A stretch of DNA of 64,000 nucleotides from a virus, in IMG/VR virus record IMGVR_UViG_3300030061_003724, positions 1 through 64,000 of that record; one strand, given 5' to 3'. The notes under the pieces are model-generated. The model was not told where the DNA came from, did not search any database, and saw nothing but the letters and a program-made list of their open reading frames with translations. Position numbers and translations under genes: made by a program. Shown in pieces: positions 9,079 to 21,093 of the stretch (position 1 is its first letter; the number at the start of each line of letters is the position of its first letter).

Positions 9079-9764
9079 ATTTTAGACCAATCTGTTAATG
9101 GGCTTAACCAAGCCGTTTCACCGTGTGTTGCATACCCTGGTATAGGGGTAATTAACAACTTATTATTATTTCTTAGTTCAGTAAACATATAAAAATCATC
9201 TGGATGTGCTCCTGATGTATGTTTTCTGATTATTTCTTCATTTTCTTTTAATGTTTTTACTTTAGAAGCAAATGTCATAGTTGTACTATTTGTTACTTTC
9301 CAATGTACGGAATTTGTTTTATATACCCTAGTATCTTCAGCACCACCTTGACAGTATGGATTACCTCCTTTAGATGGATCTATATACTTATCTGGATGAT
9401 CATACAACGAAACAAATGAAGCTCCTAATTCAAATCCTTCTTTTAAAATTACATCTGAACCTGGTCTATGTAAGTAATCATTTTCAAGAAAATATACTAT
9501 TTCATCATCATCTAATTTTAATGCTCCATCTAAAGCTATATTAAATGTACCAGCTCCATGTCCTACATTCACATAAAATATTGAACTCCTAGGAACATAT
9601 TTTTGAATCATATCATTGGTTTCACTAGAAACATTATCAGCAATTATATCCCAATATGCATTTGGAAATTTATCAATAGCATTGGCTAAACAAGCTTCAT
9701 TATTAATATAATCAGGCTTTACTTTATTATAACCACTGTCTGATATTCTATATATGATTCTCAT
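9075..9764 (-). CDS. GT-A fold glycosyltransferase
   Basis: IIADN, VYFLENDYLH DxD-like motif; operon context. Confidence 0.65.
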   Translation of the reverse strand: MRIIYRISDSGYNKVKPDYINNEACLANAIDKFPNAYWDIIADNVSSETNDMIQKYVPRSSIFYVNVGHGAGTFNIALDGALKLDDDEIVYFLENDYLHRPGSDVILKEGFELGASFVSLYDHPDKYIDPSKGGNPYCQGGAEDTRVYKTNSVHWKVTNSTTMTFASKVKTLKENEEIIRKHTSGAHPDDFYMFTELRNNNKLLITPIPGYATHGETAWLSPLTDWSKI

Positions 9765-10320
9765 GATAAGGATTATGTAATAAAGCTAAACCACATTCTG
9801 TGGTAAATGCTTCTACTAATTTAAAATTGATTTTTTGTGCTGCTGATTGTACTTCTTCTCTATGACGTGAATGAAACCAGTTATTTACTACTATATATTT
9901 TGGATCCAAACTTTTAGCTGTGTCCATTTCTAAATCAATTAAAAATGGGTTGCCATCTACAAATATTAGATCACTTTGATATTCTTCTTTATTTAAACGA
10001 TGAAGATCAACTTTATGTAAGTTAAAAGAACCACCCTGCATTATAGCAAGTATTTTATTTGAATTTTCATTTGTTATATCATTAGTAGTAATATCAACAC
10101 TAATAATATTTGATGTTGGTGAAGCAGCAGCCCACATAGCTGCACTACTACCATTTTTAAATCCGAATTCTAATATACTTTCTGGTTTGGTTTTTCTAAT
10201 TATTTTCTTAATTGTAAGATAATCTTGTACTCTTAATTCGCCTATACCGCTACATTCTTTTAATGTACTATAAAACTTTTCAAATTGTGGTTTAGTTAAT
10301 TGTTTTATTTTCTTACTCAT
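9748..10320 (-). CDS. class I SAM-dependent methyltransferase
   Basis: ILEFGFKNGSS, ISVD, DLIFVDG. Confidence 0.8.
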   Translation of the reverse strand: MSKKIKQLTKPQFEKFYSTLKECSGIGELRVQDYLTIKKIIRKTKPESILEFGFKNGSSAAMWAAASPTSNIISVDITTNDITNENSNKILAIMQGGSFNLHKVDLHRLNKEEYQSDLIFVDGNPFLIDLEMDTAKSLDPKYIVVNNWFHSRHREEVQSAAQKINFKLVEAFTTECGLALLHNPYHENHI

Positions 10321-11110
10321 ATTTTATTCCCTTTATAATCTCACCATTTTTAGGATTGTGAGATAAGTTATTAAATAGTTGAGGGGCAATTCCCCATTTA
10401 TACATAAATAACTGAGCTGCAGGTCCTTCAGTCGCTCTAAACTTTTCACCTTCGTTCCCATTCTTTGTAGCTGTACTACCAAAATGGTATAGGTGCGCTT
10501 CATGTGTTCTAACAAAGCCGATACCGTTTAAATCCAGTTTTAAGAAGAAATCCCAGTCACATATAAAAGGAGATTGATACATTACGTCAAATCCTCCTAC
10601 AATCATATATTCTTTCTTATACATTGCAAAGGGGAATATGCCTCCATCAACCGTTAACTTATTATTTTTTATTGTTTTTTCATATTCAATAAATTTTGAG
10701 TATTCAAAATCTTTAGGGTTACGTCCAAAATCATATTCAGGAAAATCAAACATACTAGGGCCTGTAGGTTCTATTTGATTTAATGTTAATACTGATTTTT
10801 CTTTAACATTGTTTAATATAACATCATCAAAATCAGAACAAAAAACATTATCATCATTAACAATGAAAATAATTTCATTACTAGCATTCATTACAGCTAA
10901 ATTAAGTGCTTGCTGCATACCTTGATTTGCACCTAAATCTAATATTTTAATATGTTCCCTATGTTTATCTAAAACATGTTTACTTTCTTCAATAAATCCA
11001 TCTACAGCAACAATAATTTCATTTTTATGATTTTGTTGATCAATAGCTGATTGTAAACAAATATCTAAATAATCTGGATTTCTATAAGTTGGAATAATTA
11101 TACTAATCAT
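10313..11110 (-). CDS. GT2 glycosyltransferase
   Basis: ISIIIPTY, IIVAVDG, VNDD, GGFD...CDWDF. Confidence 0.85.
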   Translation of the reverse strand: MISIIIPTYRNPDYLDICLQSAIDQQNHKNEIIVAVDGFIEESKHVLDKHREHIKILDLGANQGMQQALNLAVMNASNEIIFIVNDDNVFCSDFDDVILNNVKEKSVLTLNQIEPTGPSMFDFPEYDFGRNPKDFEYSKFIEYEKTIKNNKLTVDGGIFPFAMYKKEYMIVGGFDVMYQSPFICDWDFFLKLDLNGIGFVRTHEAHLYHFGSTATKNGNEGEKFRATEGPAAQLFMYKWGIAPQLFNNLSHNPKNGEIIKGIKYE

Positions 11111-11730
11111 AATGTACTATAATAATCATTTTGTTTTTCTTGTCTTTTTATATCTTTAGGATGATATAAGCAATATTCTTCTTTAGCTGGTAATGTTGAA
11201 TAATGATTAAATCCTTCTAATACTTCATGTACTTTATTTTTCCAATTAATATCAGGTACATTTTTCCAAATACGCCATTGATAATCAGGGAAATTAACAT
11301 GACCTTTTTCATCAACTCTCCAACCCCATTTTACTATATGATCTTGAGTTAGACCTTCTACTGTATTAATTCTAGGTACTAATACAACTTCAATTTTTTC
11401 ATTTGATTCTAGTATTGCAGGTAATTGATTTATCAAATTTTCATTTGGTATTTCATCTGCATCAATTTGAAATATATAATCACCTGAACACATTTCTGTT
11501 AATTGGTTTTTCCAATCAGCAAAATGATGTTTAAATGTAGCTGCTTTATATACTACATTTTTTTCACCTTTAAGTTCAATAATACGATTCCATACTTCAG
11601 CTGTACCATTTCCTTTATCAAATAAAATTACAATTTCATCCTCTTTTCTTCTAAACTTTAAAAGAGTATTTAATAATTTAGTAACTTCATCTAATTCGTT
11701 ACAAACAGTAATTGCATAACTTATTTTCAT
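11107..11730 (-). CDS. GT2 glycosyltransferase
   Basis: KISYAITVCNE, FQIDADE, PDYQWR, VHE; start at ATG 11730 behind promoter 11750-11779. Confidence 0.85.
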   Translation of the reverse strand: MKISYAITVCNELDEVTKLLNTLLKFRRKEDEIVILFDKGNGTAEVWNRIIELKGEKNVVYKAATFKHHFADWKNQLTEMCSGDYIFQIDADEIPNENLINQLPAILESNEKIEVVLVPRINTVEGLTQDHIVKWGWRVDEKGHVNFPDYQWRIWKNVPDINWKNKVHEVLEGFNHYSTLPAKEEYCLYHPKDIKRQEKQNDYYSTL

Positions 11731-11731
11731 A

Positions 11732-12181
11732 TTATTCAGGTAATACTCCAATATACGACAAAGCATCCATATAATCACGTTCTTCAAATAACTTCATTGT
11801 CTGCATATCAGGTTTATATTCTAATTTTTTACCATCTTTAGTTTTTTCTGGTTTGTCTAATTTTTGAGCTTTAACTGCTGCCCATTTCCAATCTTCAACA
11901 CTAGTGCCATAAGCAAATACCATACCTTGTTCAGGTAAATTGATATGATTTGGCAGCCAAATTAATTCTGTGTCTAAATCAATCCAAGCTAAATCTTTAT
12001 ATAATTCAGGTAGAGTAATCAATTGTTCTTTATAAAATTCACTATCTCCTTTCATCAATGAATTAGTCCAAAAACCACATGACATACTAAAGTAATTAGT
12101 AACTTCAGGTGTAACTTCTACTCTATAACATAAATCACCTCCTGATTTTGGGCAATTAATTATTTCATCAAATTGTTGCAT
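11732..12181 (-). CDS. hypothetical protein
   Basis: 149 aa ORF. Confidence 0.7.
   Translation of the reverse strand: MQQFDEIINCPKSGGDLCYRVEVTPEVTNYFSMSCGFWTNSLMKGDSEFYKEQLITLPELYKDLAWIDLDTELIWLPNHINLPEQGMVFAYGTSVEDWKWAAVKAQKLDKPEKTKDGKKLEYKPDMQTMKLFEERDYMDALSYIGVLPE
11750..11779 (-). promoter_or_regulatory. early/middle promoter CGTG-N18-CGTATATT
   Basis: Fixed-spacing motif 20 nt upstream of ATG 11730. Confidence 0.55.
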
Positions 12182-12182
12182 A

Positions 12183-13469
12183 TTATTGTAATTTAGGTAA
12201 ATTGCCTTCTGGCATTTTTAATTCTACTTGTTTAGGGAAATCAGGTACATTCTTATCTAAAATATCACCTACTAATTCCTTCATTTTAGTCCAACTAAAA
12301 TTAGTTTTAATAAAATGTCCTTGTTTTTTTCCTTTAACAGCATACTGTTTATATTTAGTATACACATCTTTAAATGCTTTTTTAATTTGTGAAGGATCAA
12401 CTTGAAACCATTGTGTTTCTTTTAATAACCATTGATTAGCAGCTGATTCATGAACTGGTTCTAATGCTCCACCTAATACAACTGTTTCACCTGGTTTTTG
12501 GAAATCCATATGTCCTGACCATCCAGATACTATTAATGGTTTTTTAGATAAACAGAACTCTAATAATGGTCTACCAAATCCTTCTCCCTTAGTAATACTA
12601 ACCATAGCTTTTACTTTAGGGTGGTTATATAACTCATTCATTTCTTGGTCACTTAAAGAACCATTAATAATATAAACATTAGGAAATTTTGTTCCTGATG
12701 GATACATTTTTTTAATTTGTAAAATTCTGTCAAGTATCTGTTCTCTACTAATGTAACTATTTCTACCAACTGATGCCTTTAATATTAAACCTGGTGTTGT
12801 TGATTTAACATTTTTGAATGTATCAAAGAAATATTTAATCATTGCCCCAACATTTTTTCTATCATGTCCTAAAGCACCATTCATCCAATGTCCTACAAAT
12901 AGATAATTAAATGATTCTTTAACACCACTTAAATCAAAAGTAACATCTTTAGCAGGAATATGCTTGTAAACATCTTCAGCAAATCCTTCAAATACTACTT
13001 CAATTGGTTTTTCTAATTTAACTACACCTTCAACTACATTAGTTTGTTTATTACGTTTTTCAAACTTAATATCTTCAAATACTTTTTTACTATGATTAGA
13101 TGAAACAAAATTTAAATCCATTCTATTTAAACCTTCAACCCATCTAGAATCACAACCTGTACTTTCAATACCAGCTGTACAGCCAATATTAAATTTACCT
13201 ATAGGTGCGAATTCACTTGGAATAGTAATTTGCATCCAAATATCTGGTTTTTGTCCTTGTTGTATACCTGGTATTCTAAGTTTGTGTAAGAATTCCCATT
13301 CCTTATTTTCAGCACAAAAATCTAAAGGCGTATTTCCCCATTTTTGTGATAACAATTTAACGTCATATTTATCTAATTCGATAATTGCTTTAACAATATC
13401 TCTTGCTCTAGCTCCATATCCACTGTAAGTATCATATGGGCAACTTATTACAAAACTTGGTTTATTCAT
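12183..13469 (-). CDS. GT-B (GT4-like) glycosyltransferase
   Basis: SGYG start, DRKN, GEGFGRPLLE. Confidence 0.85.
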   Translation of the reverse strand: MNKPSFVISCPYDTYSGYGARARDIVKAIIELDKYDVKLLSQKWGNTPLDFCAENKEWEFLHKLRIPGIQQGQKPDIWMQITIPSEFAPIGKFNIGCTAGIESTGCDSRWVEGLNRMDLNFVSSNHSKKVFEDIKFEKRNKQTNVVEGVVKLEKPIEVVFEGFAEDVYKHIPAKDVTFDLSGVKESFNYLFVGHWMNGALGHDRKNVGAMIKYFFDTFKNVKSTTPGLILKASVGRNSYISREQILDRILQIKKMYPSGTKFPNVYIINGSLSDQEMNELYNHPKVKAMVSITKGEGFGRPLLEFCLSKKPLIVSGWSGHMDFQKPGETVVLGGALEPVHESAANQWLLKETQWFQVDPSQIKKAFKDVYTKYKQYAVKGKKQGHFIKTNFSWTKMKELVGDILDKNVPDFPKQVELKMPEGNLPKLQ

Positions 13470-14926
13470 TAATAAATAATTTTATGATTTAAAAATTTTC
13501 CTTTATATTCTGTAGCATTAATTATTTCATATTGCTCTCTTGGTTCCCAAACATCCCAAAGTTCAGTAAATGCTTCCATTACTCTTTGAGCTTGGTATTT
13601 AGCTGTAAATCCAGCTTCTTCAGATAGACACCATTCTCTACCTTTTAGTCCTTTAGCTTTTCTTTCTTCACGAGATAAAGCATAAACATTACTAATCTGT
13701 TCAGCAGCATCTTCCCATTTACATCTATCATCAAAAATATAAGGTGTTGCAGGTGATCCTTGGATTGATCTACTAGTTGGATAAACTGGGAATACCCACT
13801 CACCATGTTCTTTATAAGTGCCTCTATGATTAGAAGGAACTTCTGGATTAGGAGTAAACCATTTACCGTTTTCATCTACAAATCTCATTTGATCTTGCAT
13901 TCCACCTGTCACATTAGCTATAAATGGAGTTCCAGCTAACATTGCTTCTGTAATTGTTAACCCCCAACCTTCATTAGATGTAAGTAATATTTGAGCATCA
14001 GCTATATTATACAAATAATTTAATTCTGTTCTTTGTAATTTTTTAGTTGAAAATACAATTGCTTCAGGATACTTTTCACCAAATAGTAATTCTGCTACTT
14101 TTAATAAATCTGTTCCAGCATTAGAAGTTATTTCTGTATGTAATACAAATCTACATTTTTGTGCTTTTTCATCAGGTAAGCTATCTAAATGATGTCTGAA
14201 TGCTAACATAGCATCTGGAATTTGTTTACGTCTAATATTTCTAGAATTAAAGAATAAAACAAAATCTACTTCTTGGTTTTTAAATAAACTCTTTCTAAAT
14301 GCTTGCATTCCTTTATCATTATCAGGAACTGGGTGATATGAATCATCACCTTCATGGTGTAAACCATGTGGAACATATTTGAATACCCTTTTACTATTAT
14401 CACAATCAGCTAAAACTAATTTATTAATGTTAACTGTTTGTTTCGAAATACCCATTAATAGATCACATGATTCATAAAATGCTTGATTATATCTCGGTGC
14501 TGGGTAATCATCCCAGATATTAAGATATGCAATTGGGCATATTTTTCTAATGTGATCTTCCATGTTAAATACATGCATGAAGTATCTTGGATCTGTAATT
14601 AATAATAAAGCATCTGGTTTTTCAAGTGCTAATACTTGTAATATTTGATCTTCATTACCATATCCATCTACACAATAAAGTGTAGCAGATGGGTCTTCAA
14701 CACCTGTTCTTTTTTTAAGGTCTTCTGATAAATCAAATCGTTTTCCATTTTCAGGATGTTTTAGCGCTCCAGCTATATTTACCCAATTAAAATGGTGACA
14801 AGTATGTGTAACTATTTCTTTAGCTACAGTTGCAATACCAGAGTGTACTCTAATATCATCACAAATAACAACGATTTTCTTCCTTTTATCTTTAGGAAGG
14901 TATTCAAAACTTTTATTCATGTTCAT
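13469..14926 (-). CDS. GT-B (GT4-like) glycosyltransferase
   Basis: NSRNIRRK, NEGWGLTITEAM. Confidence 0.85.
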   Translation of the reverse strand: MNMNKSFEYLPKDKRKKIVVICDDIRVHSGIATVAKEIVTHTCHHFNWVNIAGALKHPENGKRFDLSEDLKKRTGVEDPSATLYCVDGYGNEDQILQVLALEKPDALLLITDPRYFMHVFNMEDHIRKICPIAYLNIWDDYPAPRYNQAFYESCDLLMGISKQTVNINKLVLADCDNSKRVFKYVPHGLHHEGDDSYHPVPDNDKGMQAFRKSLFKNQEVDFVLFFNSRNIRRKQIPDAMLAFRHHLDSLPDEKAQKCRFVLHTEITSNAGTDLLKVAELLFGEKYPEAIVFSTKKLQRTELNYLYNIADAQILLTSNEGWGLTITEAMLAGTPFIANVTGGMQDQMRFVDENGKWFTPNPEVPSNHRGTYKEHGEWVFPVYPTSRSIQGSPATPYIFDDRCKWEDAAEQISNVYALSREERKAKGLKGREWCLSEEAGFTAKYQAQRVMEAFTELWDVWEPREQYEIINATEYKGKFLNHKIIY

Positions 14927-14931
14927 TTTGT

Positions 14932-15120
14932 TTATAGTTCAATATTCGTTTGATTAGTAATTTGTTTTCTAAAATCTTCATCAGTAAGATATAAATAAAG
15001 ACTACGATCTGCAAGTTTTTGGAATGAGAATTTTCTTCTAACACATTCTACTTTGAAATCATTAAATAAATCACTTTGAACTTTGACACTTGTAAGTGTC
15101 ATCTTTTTTGGATTTGCCAT
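14932..15120 (-). CDS. small putative DNA-binding (ribbon-helix-helix-like) protein
   Basis: Beta-strand TSVKV followed by two helices; ATATGTATA motif at 15151-15159. Confidence 0.55.
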   Translation of the reverse strand: MANPKKMTLTSVKVQSDLFNDFKVECVRRKFSFQKLADRSLYLYLTDEDFRKQITNQTNIEL

Positions 15121-15175
15121 AATTCTTATTTTAATAACATTATATTTGTCTATACATATTGTAAGATATATTAAT

Positions 15176-16150
15176 CTACATAAAGTCTAACCCTGCTCCA
15201 CATAATTCTTTATCTTCTTTAAAAGGACAGAATGTACAAGTCCATTTTGAAGGAGTTTTAGGATAAATGGTTTCTTTTATTTCACCACTAGAGTTAAAAC
15301 ATTCATTTATAAAACTACTAATTGCAGTTTTTGCTCTATTTAACTTTATTTTTCCACTTGGAGGAGTAAAAGTTTGAACTCTATATGCTTGATGAGGTGA
15401 CATTATATTATCATCATCCCAACTTAACACTTTTCTTTTTACAATAAAAAATTCAATATCAATATTTTCTAAAGGTATATTATATTGTTCTGAAAAGAAC
15501 TGTTTATATAATAATAATTGAAATTGTTTATCTTCATCTTTTTTATTAAAGTCATTCCAACCTTTAGTACTGGTTTTAATGTCAATAATTTTAAAGGTAT
15601 TTGAGTTTTCATTGTACATAACAACATCTAAATACCCTGTATATAGTACGTTGTTTAACATTTTATTCGGTGCTATTATAACTGGTATTTCACAACCAAC
15701 TAAATGCCATCCTTTTCTACTAAAATACCTACTACGTTTTTTCTTGAACCAATTTAAGATGCCCATACCATCTTCAAAAAATTCCCTCATTTCTTCAGCA
15801 GATGAAAAATGTTGATCATTATTTTTCTTATATTGAGATTGATATTCGTCTAAAAACTTTTGTTTAAAAAAGTCCTCCATATCAATTTCTCTATCTGCGG
15901 CTGCGAATGACTTTTCATAAGCTACATCTAAATAATGTTGTAAACACTCATGAATTGCAGTACCAAATACAGTATGAATACTAGACGTAAATCGTTTGAT
16001 TTTATCTTTGTATTGAAGTTTCCATCTATGAGGACATCCTCTAAAAATAGACATTTGCGAATAAGATATATTTTTCTGAAACGCAAAATTAACTTCCGAA
16101 GGTGGATTATTTCTAATCTCCTTAACTATATTAGGTATTTTCCTTGGCAA
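15176..16150 (-). CDS. Cas4/RecB-like PD-(D/E)XK exonuclease
   Basis: SYSQ..C, GTAIHE, GYLD...IIDIKT, QL.LY, C-terminal CTFC...C; TTG start likely (ORF track extends to 16174). Confidence 0.85.
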   Translation of the reverse strand: MPRKIPNIVKEIRNNPPSEVNFAFQKNISYSQMSIFRGCPHRWKLQYKDKIKRFTSSIHTVFGTAIHECLQHYLDVAYEKSFAAADREIDMEDFFKQKFLDEYQSQYKKNNDQHFSSAEEMREFFEDGMGILNWFKKKRSRYFSRKGWHLVGCEIPVIIAPNKMLNNVLYTGYLDVVMYNENSNTFKIIDIKTSTKGWNDFNKKDEDKQFQLLLYKQFFSEQYNIPLENIDIEFFIVKRKVLSWDDDNIMSPHQAYRVQTFTPPSGKIKLNRAKTAISSFINECFNSSGEIKETIYPKTPSKWTCTFCPFKEDKELCGAGLDFM

Positions 16151-16154
16151 AATT

Positions 16155-16619
16155 TTATTTTTTCCATTTATCACGTCCTACTAACAAGCCAATAATTCCA
16201 TAATTAGCTATGTCAATAAACGTATCTTCCATTCCTTCTCCCTTAACATAATTTTTACCATTAAGGAGTAAATTTTTTAATCTACTAATTTTATCAGTTA
16301 ATCTAATTGCTAGCCCTGTTAATGAAAACTTTTTATCATCTGCATTATTAACAATATCACCTCCTAAAGCAATATTATTTAAACCATAATCCATATGCTT
16401 ACGAGCAAACATTTCATACATTTCTTTTTGTATTTGTTTAAATTCGTTTGCTAATTCAGGGTATTCATCTTCGAATACAGCTATTGTTTGATTTACTTCA
16501 TCATCAATAAATTCTTCAATTTTTTTCTTTGGATATTTTGAATCCATTATTTCTCTATCGCTCATGTTTTTCTTTTGGTCTGGAAACATATCGTACCATG
16601 CTTTTACTGAATCACCCAT
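16155..16619 (-). CDS. DUF1599/Nmad1-like nucleotide-modification-associated helical protein
   Basis: RKHMDYG, RLTDKISRL, EDTFIDIANYGII. Confidence 0.7.
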   Translation of the reverse strand: MGDSVKAWYDMFPDQKKNMSDREIMDSKYPKKKIEEFIDDEVNQTIAVFEDEYPELANEFKQIQKEMYEMFARKHMDYGLNNIALGGDIVNNADDKKFSLTGLAIRLTDKISRLKNLLLNGKNYVKGEGMEDTFIDIANYGIIGLLVGRDKWKK

Positions 16620-16839
16620 TTACTTGTTCTGAAGTGTTAAAATATTTTTCTAGTGTTTCTAATTTATCATCTGCGTCAACTAACATTGAAAGGGCCTCTT
16701 CAGCATTTTTATAAAAATCTTCAGTTGAATGGTCTCCAATTCCAACAGCATTATTACCTAATAATTCTAGTGATAATAACGCTTTATCTTTTTCTGCTTG
16801 AGCAGATGATTTAAGCATTTTGTATAATTCTTTTGTCAT
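16612..16839 (-). CDS. hypothetical protein
   Basis: 75 aa ORF with AVGIGDHS motif. Confidence 0.7.
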   Translation of the reverse strand: MTKELYKMLKSSAQAEKDKALLSLELLGNNAVGIGDHSTEDFYKNAEEALSMLVDADDKLETLEKYFNTSEQVNG

Positions 16840-17249
16840 TTTAATAGGGGTTTAATTTCTTTTTTTTCTAATCCAATACTGGTCAATATAAGTACAATTT
16901 CTATGTCATCCAAAAAATCTAAATATTCTTTTACTTCAGTTTTAGAACATTCCCAATAATTACTTAAAATATCTAATAATTGGGTGTTATGTTTTTTAAA
17001 GTTAGATTTAATATACTTATTCCACCTTGTATTCTTAGGAACATATTCTTTATATATGTTATAAATTTGTTTTTTGTCTTGAGGAGGCATTTTTTGGGCC
17101 TCATTTACTAATTCTAAATAGTCTGGATTCATAGACATAAACCTATGAATCATATAGCTGTTCCAGAGTTCCCAGTCTTTATCAGAAAAGGAATCTGGAT
17201 CAGATTTGATTGAATTTATTTGTTTAAGCCAATCAAATATATTTTTCAT
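16836..17249 (-). CDS. clamp loader small subunit (T4 gp62-like)
   Basis: NIFDWL, YMIHRFMSM; size and position beside the gp44-like gene. Confidence 0.7.
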   Translation of the reverse strand: MKNIFDWLKQINSIKSDPDSFSDKDWELWNSYMIHRFMSMNPDYLELVNEAQKMPPQDKKQIYNIYKEYVPKNTRWNKYIKSNFKKHNTQLLDILSNYWECSKTEVKEYLDFLDDIEIVLILTSIGLEKKEIKPLLK

Positions 17250-17501
17250 TTAGCAAAGTTCATCTTTTAATTCCTCTCTCAATTCAACAGGAATACCTTC
17301 ACCTAAAATCTTATTATTTGTAGGATCATAAAATACAGGAATAGGCATAATAGCGTCATTATCTGTACCTGCTACAAACTTAGATATTTTTCTTAGGATA
17401 ACTCCTGATTGGAAAATACTATTACCTTCAGAATTTTTAATCCCTTCAGTAGTTTTTAAATCAACATTTAGTTGAGGTTGTTGTGGGTTTTGATTACTCA
17501 T
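17250..17501 (-). CDS. hypothetical protein
   Basis: 83 aa ORF. Confidence 0.7.
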   Translation of the reverse strand: MSNQNPQQPQLNVDLKTTEGIKNSEGNSIFQSGVILRKISKFVAGTDNDAIMPIPVFYDPTNNKILGEGIPVELREELKDELC

Positions 17502-18412
17502 TACTTATTATTTATTAAATTATTAATTAAACTCATTATATTTATCTCTTTATCAATTCTAAAATTAGCTTTATATTGATGCTCATTAATTAGAATAGCC
17601 ACTGTACCTGCTTTACCAGGAAGATACTCGTCAGCTTTATCATATAAAAACCTAAATACTTCTTCAAAATCATCTACATTTGAATCAGCAATGATTTGTC
17701 TAATAGTATTAAATTTAGGTTTATCTTTTTTCAACTCAGTTAGAATAGCAGACAAATAACTGGTACTGACAAGTAGAGAATCATCGAGTATTAACTTGTT
17801 CTCAATATTACTTGCCTGTATAGTATTAAGCATTTTCCTTAGATCAGGATAATATTTATTGACTATTTTACCAATGGCAGTTGGTTCATAACTTATGCTC
17901 TCACTATCACAAATACCAGCTAAATGTACAGCTACTTGTTTTCTTGTTGGTGGTACTACTTTAAATGTTGTACACCTTGATTGTAAAGGGTCTATTACAC
18001 GCTCAATATAATTACACGTTAAAATAAATCTAGTTGTTCTGGAAAACGTTTCGATTATATTTCGAAGTGATGCTTGTGCTTGAATTGTAAGAAAATCTGC
18101 TTCATCTAAAATTACTACTTTAATAGGTTTAAATGATGCAACACTAGCAAACCCTGATACCTTATCCCTAATAGTTTCTATACCACGTTCATCAGAGGCA
18201 TTAATATAAAGAGCATCACAATCTAAATTTTTAGTTATTAATTTAGCTAATGTTGTTTTACCTGTACCTGCAGGTCCATAAAACAAATAATTTTGGATAT
18301 CATTTTGCTCTAGTTGTTTTGCAATAGAGTCTTTTAAACTCTTATTACCAACATAATCCTCTAATTTTATTGGTCTATATTTTTCGTTAAGTAAACTATT
18401 AGTATTCTCCAT
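17501..18412 (-). CDS. clamp loader AAA+ subunit (gp44/RFC small-subunit-like)
   Basis: EKYRP, GPAGTGKT, NASDERG, LDEAD, SRC. Confidence 0.93.
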   Translation of the reverse strand: MENTNSLLNEKYRPIKLEDYVGNKSLKDSIAKQLEQNDIQNYLFYGPAGTGKTTLAKLITKNLDCDALYINASDERGIETIRDKVSGFASVASFKPIKVVILDEADFLTIQAQASLRNIIETFSRTTRFILTCNYIERVIDPLQSRCTTFKVVPPTRKQVAVHLAGICDSESISYEPTAIGKIVNKYYPDLRKMLNTIQASNIENKLILDDSLLVSTSYLSAILTELKKDKPKFNTIRQIIADSNVDDFEEVFRFLYDKADEYLPGKAGTVAILINEHQYKANFRIDKEINIMSLINNLINNK

Positions 18413-18665
18413 ATATTGAATAACGTTGTGGTTTTGGGTCTTCTATTACTTCTTCTTTAGTTGAAATAGCATATAATTCACTTTTTAGGGGTGCTAATCT
18501 ATATTCACCTTTAAATCCAGTTTTAACCATATAAGCTTCTAACGTATCAGTTAAAGTTTTATGTACTCGACCTTCTGGCTCATCAGCTACTAACCTCCAT
18601 TTATCACCAGGAGGAACTCTCCTGGCGATTAAAATGTTGTCTTCTTTTATTAATGTTTTGCTCAT
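18399..18665 (-). CDS. hypothetical protein
   Basis: 88 aa ORF; the promoter ends 7 nt before its ATG (near-leaderless). Confidence 0.7.
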   Translation of the reverse strand: MSKTLIKEDNILIARRVPPGDKWRLVADEPEGRVHKTLTDTLEAYMVKTGFKGEYRLAPLKSELYAISTKEEVIEDPKPQRYSIYGEY

Positions 18666-18671
18666 ATCTAT

Positions 18672-20696
<2,025 letters not shown>

Positions 20697-20710
<14 letters not shown>

Positions 20711-21008
20711 TAATGTAATTTTTAATATTTGTTTCAATTGTTTTATAATGCTCTAAAAAATCACTTAGTGATTTATAAGATTCTTTTGTGTGTAACTGAT
20801 CTTTAGTTACCCTTTCTAATGCAGATCCGAAACTAGCATGGAAAGTAAGTGCTTTAGTATAAGTTTTACTTTTGCCTGTAGATCTGAAATGATTTGCGTC
20901 AGATTCAACTTTAATGTTGACCGTATAACAGTTCTCATCATTAGTAATGAAATAAGGTTCCAAATTTGGATCCTCAATCATTGTAATAGACTTTGGTTTT
21001 CTTGCCAT
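20697..21008 (-). CDS. hypothetical protein
   Basis: 103 aa ORF behind promoter 21047-21076. Confidence 0.7.
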
Positions 21009-21046
21009 ATAACTTTTATTAGGTTTTTTAAATTAAATGTGACATC

Positions 21047-21076
21047 AATATACGTAAAAAACATTGCTAGGACACG
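21047..21076 (-). promoter_or_regulatory. early/middle promoter CGTG-N18-CGTATATT
   Basis: Recurring motif in an intergenic gap upstream of groES-groEL. Confidence 0.65.
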
Positions 21077-21093
21077 TTTTTTTGATAAAACTA

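Noticed and set aside
13645-13875. 76 aa +1 ORF in the GT4 gene
   Set aside because: Host-gene codons look ordinary and the region is simply poor in Leu/Ile/Val, so chance is an adequate explanation.
15176-16150. Cas4-like gene as evidence of a CRISPR system
   Set aside because: No repeat-spacer array or other cas genes were seen; stand-alone Cas4-like nucleases are common in phages.
17730-17910. GC3-rich patch in the clamp loader gene
   Set aside because: The +1 frame is interrupted by stops and no ORF spans the patch.
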